Source of the DNA: Kudoa neothunni
Lineage: Eukaryota > Animalia > Cnidaria
Assembly: GCA_964304625.1 (NCBI GenBank)
Contig: OZ199838.1
Location: 7,865,197-7,929,196, forward strand
Direction: 5' to 3'
DNA: 64,000 bases
Of the stretch, positions 39,701 through 51,700 are shown one piece after another. Within the stretch, counting starts at the first letter, position 1, and the number at the start of each line of letters is the position of its first letter. Position numbers and translations under genes: made by a program. The notes beneath the pieces were generated by a model that was not told the DNA's origin, ran no database searches, and was given only the letters and a program-made list of their open reading frames with translations.

Positions 39701-42700
39701 TTTCGGGCCTCTAAGAGAGCGCAGGAAACGTTAGAAAATAATTAAATTTAGCAGAATCTGATACAATCAATTTTTAGACAGCTTGTTAGTAAAAGTTACT
39801 GGGATTAAAAATTGTCATTACGTGGGCGTACATACCTTTTAGGATTAGAATTTATCGTGAAAATACCTTCGGCCTTATCTAAATCAGTAAAAAACCTTAA
39901 AGCAGATGTGAATTTGGTTTCCGAGTTAAGAGAGTAAAATTGGATTTTTCATCAAATCGGGGAGGTGGGAAATTTGAAAAAACCGTTGAGAATACCTGCT
40001 CTAGTAGATTACGCAACAGTTTTATGCGAGAACTATTAGGTCAGTGATATTTCGTGTCATAATTTAATAAACATGTCAACCCGATCATAGTCAATAAATT
40101 TGGTATAAAAATAGTGAGTATCAAACTATAGAATATTAATTAAAAATTAATGAATTTTCGACTTAAGTAGTTAAATATGTAATTTTTTCGCTTAAATATA
40201 TTTTAAATGCATAACATATTAAGAATATAGATAATATTGGGCATTCGTCTTATTAATCACTTCATTAGATAACCAAATTGGGAACTTAACTATAGCGCAA
40301 GAATATGAGGTTGAAAATGAAAAACTTTTGGAATTTTTTTAAGTAAACTAAGGTTTGAAAATTTGAGTTGATTTGTGATGCATTTTCAACTTTAACCTTC
40401 CGAGCGTTTCCAAAACTGACTATACATTTACAGTCATGCCTCGGTATTGCGTGGTAAATTGGGACCGCCAACATACTACACACAATACAGAATTGATACG
40501 TAGTATCGAGTTTCACGCAAGCGCATTGTGCAAAAAATCGATTGAACCATTTATTGGCTCCTTTTTAAACATAAATTCATTTATATAATGAAAGTAAGGT
40601 TTTTCTACTTTTCATTTTATCTTTAGAGAAAGTGCCTATCATTTTAACCTGCGGCTCCTTCTTTTATATAACTGATTTTCGATCCATAACAGGATGCAAA
40701 TCATATAGACCTTCCGGATCTTGGTTTTAATAGGCTTTTCTAAGAGTTCTTAAGGTGTCCTTAATTTCCGATGTTGACAGTTTGACGACTAATTGTTCCT
40801 TTTGACACTTATCATCAGAGATACTGGCGCATGACCCGCTATTAAATTAGACTACCAACAAGGTCTCCCCTTCATTCACGTTTTTGTTTGTTAGAAATGT
40901 TGTAGCTGGAAAGTTTTTGTTCTTTCTAAAAGATTCTACTGAGGATTGAATGTCCTTTATATTTAAAACTAGCGCAAAACCCCCGATTCGCGAAGACTTC
41001 CTTGCCTAGCCAAGTAGACTAACACCTGGCGCAGACTAAAGCCTCTTTGATTTTTAAGTAAATAGCGCTAATGCCCAGTTTTGACTGGTACAGTGTGATG
41101 GAAAATTTTAACTTTAATTTTACTTCTGAATGGAGAAATTTTACGGCAAAGTTAATCTAATTAGCATTTTAAACCCTGTAAATTTTATTTTTCTATTTTA
41201 ATTTGTGCATTTTAAAGCTTATTTTTGCAATGTGATGATTTAGATAAACGAAATTATGCGCACACTTTCCATTCAAATATAAATAGAGGTATGCAGAGAA
41301 ATTAATGGGTAATTTTAAGTTTATTTTACAAATTATTGACTAAAACTATGGTGACCTTAATTTTAAGAGAAATGTAATTAGCGATTAAAGTTCAGTTATT
41401 TATGAAACAACATCGTTGAGCAACTTAAATAGGACTTTCAGTTCTTTTCCAAATTTTGCGATAAAAATTAATCCTTCTAGTTATAAAATTTATTATTAGT
41501 CTACAAACAATAAAAAAAATAAAATCAACCTAAGATGGCGACGAAATATAAATATTAATTGTTACTCCTTTTTTCGCAATTTTATAATGATGCCAATGAT
41601 TTTTTAAAAGCTGTGAGCGGTAACTTACGTATTCACTATTGTAACAAAATTTCCCGATTTATAAATAAGTCCAACCTTGCTTTTTATCAAAATTCTTACT
41701 GGTTCAAAAATATACACATTTAATTAACAAAATACGATTAAATCAAAAATGTAAAGGTGTTTTTGGTTTGAAAAATTACAGTGATGCTTAAACATCAACT
41801 GGTTTTCTTGGAGGAATGCACCCCCTTTTAAAATTAACGTACTGTTTGATTTCCCTAAAAAATTACTTCGTATTGAACTATTCTTAGATTAACGAAAACT
41901 TTGTGAAAATATCGGTTAGATCGAATAGACAATAATTTATTATTAACTTACATGACACGTATTGAGAGGGGATTGTATTTTATGCAAAAGTAATCATGAA
42001 TATAAATTCTTAAACTACGCATAGAATGTGGTGTCGCTTATTTTTATGCAGCTTTTATATCATAATGAATTAATGCGAGCCTAAACAAAACAGTATATTG
42101 ATTTGAATATTAACCTTAAGGTCTGGGTTAAGGAATAATTAGGTTACTATGAACTTAAACATTATTTAAAAAATTGTCTCATCGAATTTAGAAACTTATC
42201 GAATTAGTGATGCTAACCATTTTTCAAAAAAGTTTAGGAAAACAAAATAATGAGCAAAAACTTATCGAAAAGACGAGTATAATTTCAATCTCAATCGATA
42301 TCCTTTATATATATAAAAGAGGACTGTCGGTATGTTTGTGTGTGTGCCCCTAAGTACGCATGTGCGGACAATTTTTTCCGTATAGAGAGCCATATATAAA
42401 ATTTTTATAAATTTGTAATATTTAAAAAAATCGTTTAATTGTTTTCGGACTACGAAAGTTTCCACAAAGTATTTATGAAATAGTGATTTTGTCGATTTAA
42501 AGTTTGTTTTTCGGATTAAATGAGTTCAACTATAGGATTAGCACTTGCTTATTTCATGGTTATGGTCGGTTGAAGTTAACTACCTCCTTTATATGCTCCA
42601 TCATATGTTCATTAACTGCTTCTATCTATCTATCTATCTATATTTATATATAAGGTTGGCGTTTCTATTTGGGTGTCTGTTTAAACACACTCCTTATTTG

Positions 42701-45700
42701 CGGAGTTTTAAAGTATATGACTTGATAAGTATATTTTATAAGTTCTATTAATGGTTTTCAACGTGGTAAAAAATCTATCTATGTTTCATAAATAACGACT
42801 TCGTGGAGAGCGTTAAAGTTACATTGATTGAAGCGTTATAATGGAAATACTGCGTTCATAGGTTTCATTAAATTGTCCGCTAAGTTTTACTTTACGTGAT
42901 TAAGTTCAATACAGATGTTTGTACTTTTATTTCACCAAATTATTTAAATTGTTTATGATGAAATCGACGCAATTTGTGGCTGTTTATGATAAAAGCGCAT
43001 GTATGTTTATGCCGAGCTAAACGATGCTAATTTTAGCAATATCGATTAATTTTCATAAGTTTTCTTCTATCTCTTTTATCTCTTAAAAAGTTAGTGGTGC
43101 ACCCAGTTACCGAGCCAGGCCAGAATTCGACTTTTAAAAATCCTCCGGGCAAAAAAATAACGTTTTAGATAACACTTTAAAGGGATTTAAATAATTCGAT
43201 AATGTAAAAAAATACGACACTGACAATAGATTATTTGACGTTGGTGCCGGGCCACGAAATTTTTAAATGGACGCAGGGATTGATACTTTCCTACACAGAA
43301 ATGATCACAATTTAAATTTCGCTAATCCAAATCGCTGATATGTCACTTAAAAATTTTTAGTTATTTTTCATCTAGGGATTAATTGAAACTTCAATATATT
43401 TGTTGAATATTATTAAGAAACGTATCTATGCGAAATCTTCCCCAAACAACGCCGGGCAGTTCCCGCTAGTTAAAAATATCAAATGTATAATCGCGCATAC
43501 GTACGCCATAGATATTGCGTAAATTTTTCCTAATACCAAAAAGTTACCACGCATTATCGAGACCCGAGACCTTATTGTAATTTATAATTAACTTTAACTT
43601 GGAATTTTATTTTAAATGTAACATCCCTTACTAAAATCGGATCATTTAAATTTTGGGGGTTATAATCATCAACATTAACCTTTTATAATGTCAAATAGAT
43701 ATTCACAGGATCCAATATTGAGGAAATTGCAAATAAATACACTACTTCAAATGTGTCATCAAGGGTGTACATAATGATTTTCTTATTTCTTATTGTTTTA
43801 TTATCATGTAAAAGTGTGGAATGCTAGATATTAGCTAATTCGTTATAGATGTTTGGTCCTTTGTTTTGCTCGCTGTTTTTTACAACTTACTCAAAGAATA
43901 CCTCAAGGACGACCAAATAAACATTTTTGAAATTGATAATATTGTTGATACTCCATCAAATGAACCGTCCCTTAATAAACACTTAAAAATTCCTCAAAGT
44001 ATTCGTATAAATTAAACAATAATTGTTCTATTTAATTCAAGAAATAATAAATTGGATATCAGAAACTTACACTCGCTGGAACACAAATAATCTAATGCAA
44101 CTAGAAACATTTTATATTGGACACAGATCATTATTCCTGTTTGGCCAAAAGAATAGGTAAATTAATTTGATCGAATTTAATGTAAATTTTTGATAGAATA
44201 AAAAAGTTTCTAATAAAAATTTTATTACGCACTCCATATGAAGAATTTATGCAAGCAATTATATTTCTGAAAACTGTTTTTATTATGATAAAAACCGATA
44301 TGACCACTTCACCCAGTAATGCATCGTATATTAACGTAACTACAATTTATAATTATTAAGTTAATTCTGTTTTCAAGGTATTCTTTTTCGCCGAATATCT
44401 ATTTTTATTCTTTTTTCTCCTGGAAGCTTTAATTAAGGTATTCATTATTCACCAAAATAATTCATAAATATCAAGAATGATATGTAAACGCTTAATCTAT
44501 CCTGTCCTTCAAAGTCATATTAATCCAAGTGTCAACATATTTAGATTTATTCGACTAATCTTTGGTTCTGCTATTTGTTAATATTTTGTTAAGAGAAATA
44601 CAGTCGTGTCTCGGTATTGCGTGGTTCAATACAGCGTGTTTTCCCATTTCCCATTAATATTTATTTCTGAAAATCCAAGAAACTCGGTAAAACTACATCT
44701 TCAGTTGTAATAAGTCTCGTATAAGCCATTAATTTCATTTTAAAGTTAAGATCATCAAAAATAGATGGTTTCTTTATTGCGTGGCTTCCTCCAGGAAATA
44801 ATCCGCATAATCCGCCTATTGATTATTGATGCGCCAGAAAATTCAAAATGGATAGGTGTCAACCATATATAAATGAAAAAAATAATAATTATTCAATGTT
44901 ACAAGCCTCTTTATTTAATTAATACAACGAGCAAAATCTATGACCATTAAGAGTTTAATTTGCCAAGTAGTTAATATTGTCCGATTTATATTGAGTCCAA
45001 TTAGTTTATCCATCTCTCGATGGGATATTTTCAAAGGAGGCGGTACAATTAATTCTAATATTTTCTCTGATTGTATAAGAATTAAAGTATGGAAAATATA
45101 GCTGGTTAGAAATCTGCTTTTACAACTGGATTGTGCCCCAGCTAGAGAAGAAAAATATTTCTGGGGTTCTAATCAACAAATAAGCTGAGAACAGTAGCTA
45201 CAAGTCTAAAAATTTATGACGTATAGTTCAGTAAAGGTTTTTTTCAAATTTCAAGATTAATTACTGTTTGGAAAACATTATATTGCATGGTGAGGTTGGA
45301 AATACCGATACAAATAGCGTATATGAATGGATCTAAAAGGTTTCTGAAGATTTTCAGAGGCAAAAACTTGTAGAAATTATTAATTTAGACAAGACTGCTC
45401 TCATCTACGAACAGTTGTTACAATGAACATTTACCACTAAAAAATGAAATCGGTTTGAAAGCGATGAAGTTCTCGAAAACGAGAGTCACCTTGGTAATTG
45501 CTTATTTCAAAAGGCGACAAATTCCTTCTATAGGCCATAGGAACATTGAAAAAGCCACCTTATTTTTGCGGTATCAATAACCTCCCAGTGAAATATCTAT
45601 TCCAAAAAACGGCTAGACATCAGCAGCTTTATTCTTTTAAATTGTTAAAAACATTGATAAGCAGTTTAACGAATAAAAAAAGTTTTTCTTATTCTTGATC

Positions 45701-48700
45701 CTTGATCAATGTAAATCTCACCCTCAATTAATAAATCAATGTAATTACATCGAAATGAGCTTTCTTCCAAAGTATACTAATGTAATCAAATCAATAGATT
45801 TTGTGATCATCCATTATTTGAAGTTTAACTGTAGAAAATCATTCGTTAGTCAGTTTATTTGTCAATGATTCTACGAAAATTTTCAAATATACTATCTTGG
45901 AGTGTCTTCGTATTTTGTAGGCTGCGTGGAAAATGGTGACGAGCTCAACCTCAACTTTTGAAATTTTCTCGAGCAATGTCCGATATTCAGAAATCGTGCG
46001 ATTAATTTAAGGAAACATTTTTAAACATCAATTATGACAAATTTAACGTAAATATTAGTCATACCGAAAAAGAAACAATTGATGGTATGTAATACAATTG
46101 GTACACATTAATCTATTGCTACATAACGCGAATGAGGTTGTTGAATTGAAGCACGTTAAAGTTATACTCAAAGAAATGCATAGTAAACCTGATACAAATG
46201 TCCCAGGATCAACAAAATGCAACGATGATCTCGATTTCTATTAAGAAAATCAAATAATTACGATATCTGACCTAAAAATAGTCATAAATATTATTGGATA
46301 ATCATTTATATTTAAAAGTCCACCTTCATCATTTCACAACCATCCAATATGGATGCCCTATATAAAATTATACGGCCTGGAACAAAGTTAACGAAAAATC
46401 GACTATTTCTCCAATATACAAATATAGTAATGCGCACGCTCGACCCCTAGATATTGCGTGGTAAATTGCTATTCCCAAAAAAACCTCGTATATCTAGACC
46501 AGCGCTTCCCGATTCGTTTAAGACTTCGGACCCCCACAGTTAATAAATCTAGCTCCGGACCCCCCCCCCCCCATTAAATTAGAAATTTGAAAACAGATCT
46601 ACCTTTAGTAGAAAATGAAGTTAGTTAAATTTGAACATAAGTTTTCCAAAAATTATACAAAAACAAAAAAATATAATAACTATAGTTCAAAAAATCAATT
46701 AATTCGGCGTTTGACTCTTTTCTTGTCTTTTTTTTTTGAAACAATAACATCAAAGCGAGGCTCTTTGTTGGATAATGATAAACACATATCATTTTCGAGA
46801 GTGAGTGAATTTCGATATTTATTTTTTATATACAGAAGTGTGGAAAATCCAGCTTCACAAAGCCAAGTTGTTGAGAATTGAACCAATATTTGAAGAGCTA
46901 TTTTGGAAAGGGTAGGATATTGAATTAAAGTTCCGCACCAAAAATGTTCGAGCGAACCAGAATCAAATAACAATTTCATGGAATGGCATTCTCGCAAATC
47001 GATCAGATTTTCTTTTTCTTCGTCATTATCACTCATTTTGTCTAATTTGAATGCAAACGGGTTAATGATCCAACTCTCTGACTCCTGTATTTCTCCAGGG
47101 TGAAGTAATCATCAAATGAATTTCTCAATCGATCCGAATTCTCGCATATATATTTTTTGAAATCCTCAAAAACAGTGCTCGTATCATTCAAAACGATTTC
47201 TTCTAGAGAAGGAAAATTCGCCAAGTTTTGACAATCGATTCTGGATCTCCATAACATCAATTTTTCCCTAAAAGAGCACAGTCTATCACGGACGACTATA
47301 ACATTTATCCCTCTTTCTTGAATAGAGCAATTTAGATCATTGATATGACTAAAAATATTTGCCAAGTAGGCTAGAATGAATAGATGAGAAATTGGGAATT
47401 TCAAAAGTACGCGCAAGATCAGATTTTTGTTCGAATAGAAAGTTCTGAATTTTGTTTCGAAGTTCGAAAAATCTAGCTAAAGCTTTGCCTCGTGAAAGCC
47501 ACCTGACTTCGGTATAGTACAGAAGTGCAGATGCTTCTTCACCCGAGTCACTGCAAAATGCCTTGAAGAGTCTGTGGTTTAGAGCTCTGCCTTTGATAAA
47601 ATTTACAATTTTTATGCAAGAGTTCATAACGTTTCTCAAAGTTTCTGGCATCGTTTTTGATGTGAGAGCTTGTCGATGAAGGATACAATGGGTAATAGTA
47701 ACGTCGGGAATTCGGTTTCGCATTAGAGTAGCAAAACTGGATCGTTTTCCAAGCATGACCGGAGCACCGTCTGTACAAATAGATCCAATAAGCTGGAAAG
47801 GTATGTTGTTTCTATCAAAAAAGTTATGGACCATGTCGTAAATATCCTTCGCAGTGGTAGTTTTTGTTAAAGGTTACAAAAGAGAAACTCTTCCACGATA
47901 ACTTTTGATGTAACATAGCGGACGAAAGAAATTAGTTGGCTACAATTGCCACGTCGGTTGACTTGTCCAGCTGGATGGAGATTTTTATAGGTGAAGCTTT
48001 CACATCTTAAAGAACTTGATCGAGTACGTCCGCACTCATATCATCAATTCTATTTCGAATAATATTGTTTGAGAGTGGAATCATTTGAAGCTTTTTAGCG
48101 GCATTTGGGCCCAAAATAATTTGTGCCGATTCCAAAATACAGGGTTTAGTAAGAGTTTCAGCAATGGTGTGTGGCTTTTTCTTCGCAATTTTATATGACG
48201 CCAAAAGAAATGGTTTACAAAGGGGAGCAAAACCTAACGTTGGAGGAGTCATTCTTGAATCGAATTTTATCCTTTTAGTGGTCAAAGATTGATTATCATT
48301 CCCTGCTCTTGATGTTCCACCATGCTTAATTGTAAAATGTTCATGTAGTTTTGATGGTTTCAAACTTGAATTGGAAAATAATATATCGCATAGAATACAT
48401 TGGGTTCTGTCAATTCCATCAATTACTCTTTTGGTAAAACCATACTGGGTGTATTCTTCATTCCATTTCCTAATTTTCTTATGATTTACCATGTTGAAAC
48501 GAAGGCTAGGATTAAATCAAACGAAAAAGAGGGTGAAATTAGGTTCGCGTGACTTATCTAAGATTTCTCGAAATATTTTATAGTTACAAACTATTTAAAA
48601 CTAATAATTTAATTATCATATCCAACAAGAGATTTAAGTATTTCTATTATTAGCATCTGTCTACATCAAATTAAATTATAATTAATTGTCATATTTTTAT

Positions 48701-51700
48701 AGAATATATGTATATATAATATTGAACTAAAGTTAAATCTAAAAAGTAAGATAATTTCGCGAGAATATAAGATCACTAAAAACATAGTTATGATTAAAGG
48801 TTGATCCGAATGTCGCCGATTCGGATTCACATACATTACAAAAGATGTTCGTAGCGAAACTATTACACTCGGCATCATTTTTTTAAATAAAATAACAATA
48901 AATATAATTTTCCATCAATAAATTATTAGGAACTGCGTTTATAATATACCATACTGTTACAATATTCAAAACCCTGTTACAATGCTAGGATATACATTTT
49001 TTTTCTTTGACTCAGTTATGGACCCCGGACCCCCAATCGGGAAGCGCTGATCTAGACCTTGCCGTAGTATATAATATCGATTCCATGCGTGCGCACGCAT
49101 GGAATCGATTGAACCATTTATTGGCTCCTTTTTAAACATAAATTCATTTATATAATGAAAGTAAGGTTTTTCTACTTTTCATTTTATCTTTAGAGAAAGT
49201 GCCTATCATTTTAACCTGCGGCTCATTCTTTTATATAACTGATTTTCGATCCATAACAGGATTAAAATCATATAGACCTTCCGGATCTTGGTTTTAATAG
49301 ACTTTTCTAAGAGTTCTTAAGGTATCCTTAATTTTAGATGTTGACAGTTTGACGATTAATTGTTCCTTTTGACACTTATCATCAGAGATACTGGCGCATG
49401 ACCCGCTATTAAATTAGACTACCAACAAGGTCTCCCCTTCATTCACGTTTTTGTTTGTTAGAAATGTTGTAGCTGGAAAGTTTTTGTTCTTTCTAAAAGA
49501 TTCTACTGAGGATTGAATGTCCTTTATATTTAAAATGTACTTTTTACCAAGACAATTATTCTATTACTAAGATCAAATTTCTAAGCGGTTCATTTTTAAA
49601 CTCCCAATAGACTTAATTGAATTATTACAACTGATAATTTTAAATCTCTCATCAAAATCCCTTTGTATCCTTGGCATGGTCAAATTTACTACACAATGTG
49701 GTATCAAACGGGGTTCCCGGACCTTAGGATTGTTACGCAATACAAAATTACTTCGAAATACTGAGCAATTTCATATTGATTTGTTTATTCATAGATATTT
49801 TTAAACATATTTTACGAGATAATAATGTAATTATTACTTGGCAGTATCCAAATTTACAAACAATTAAAGAATTAACGAGATATTAGGCTACTACGCAATA
49901 TCGAGGCACGACTGTATTCTCCTAAATTATTTAAATCATATTTTTACGTTTAATGTTAATAGATTCCAATGGGTCGATTTATCACTGATTTTATTCTAAA
50001 AAGAAATAAATCGTCGAGTTTGAATGTTTTAAATATTAACATGTTAATTGATATTCTATTATAAATTTTTTATATATTTGATTAAAATAAAGAATACTTG
50101 TCCAGTTGAGTAGCCAGATGAATATTACATAATATGCAACATACGATCACTCAATTTCAATATATGATTCCAATTTAAAACAATAAATTTGCATTATTTA
50201 ACAAATATTTCCATCTTGATCCTTGATGTTGGCACATTTTAATATTTTCATGTATAATTTACTTTTTGATGAATTATTTGAATTTATATTTTTTAGTTAA
50301 TATTTATATAATCGTAAACCATGAATAATTTCTAAATATTCGTAGATAATATCGTTTGGTTTGGTTTTATCCCCACGGTCTTACCTCAGAAATGTGATGA
50401 ACGCACTAGAATTAACCCTAGTGATGTTAGAAGCTGCTTTTACAATTACATTAAGGTATATTCCTACTAATTTTTGCCTAAATCTTTTTAAGTATTCTCA
50501 AATACAACGTGCTTTCAAACGCACTTTATTATTTGGAAATTTTCCATGCCATCAGATATTTGAAATTCTTGAATGGACCACATGCCACCGTATTTAAATT
50601 TATAAAGCAAAATCAATATTTTCTATTTAAACAGAGGTTTATTTCAAAAAAAGTATTATATAAGGCAACATCTATTGGTATCTTTGTAATTTGGATATTT
50701 ATAACGTTTTCTGTGATTGGCGTAAAATTGTTACACGTAAACATGATTAAATATCGTGTGAATTTCATCATAGTTTTCATTAAGGGATCCTTGATATTCT
50801 GTTCTGATAGGACAAAATCACCACAAGATTGCAGGTAATAATTATTTCCTTTATATAAATTGTTGTTTGAGGTTACTAAATTAAAGGGGGGATTTTTTAA
50901 CCGTAGAAAACTTTTCAATTTACTTTGATATAACGGTAATAAAGTGGCTTTTAATCAAATATCTATGGGAACGTAAATTTAGCAACAAAAAAGAATATTA
51001 ATCTCACCAGAATACAACTATGAAAACGTTTATCAAGGAGTGATGTCTCTTGTGATTTTAACAACTAAACAATTATGGCCAGAGTAAGATTAGAAAAACA
51101 TTATTAAAATAATCTAGCTTAGGCAGCTGCGATCATTAATATCAAATGACACGAATGAAATGATTGTGACACGTCTAATGAGTTTATATTTTATTGCAGC
51201 TGCTTTAACATTTCGATACGTCGTATACGGCGTTATTTCGGCTCTTTTCATAATTGAATACCAAAGGGATTACATGAAAAATCAGTTTGTATTTATTTTA
51301 TCGTTTGAAATCTATTACTTCACGAATTTAGGCATATTTATTAAAACTTTCGATGACGTCAAAGCCTATGAAAAAGCAAGTTACTAGATTCCAAAAGAAA
51401 CATGAAAGTTTTATTTCCAATGTTGTCAGGAATAGATATTATACATATTTTGCAAATCTCGTTGTTATTATCCATGTCATCGTTGTAGCGATACAGGTAT
51501 CACATTGTATTCTGTAAATCTATATATATATATATAAATAATTTTGAAATTTTATAGCCAGATTTGTTGATATATATAATTGTTCATGTCACGCTTGTGC
51601 TGTTTTACATTACGGAAAATATCCTAAAGATTATCGCATTCAAAAAGGTTTTGTTGATACTAAATATAATTATATTATTTTTAGATATTTTTTATGAACT

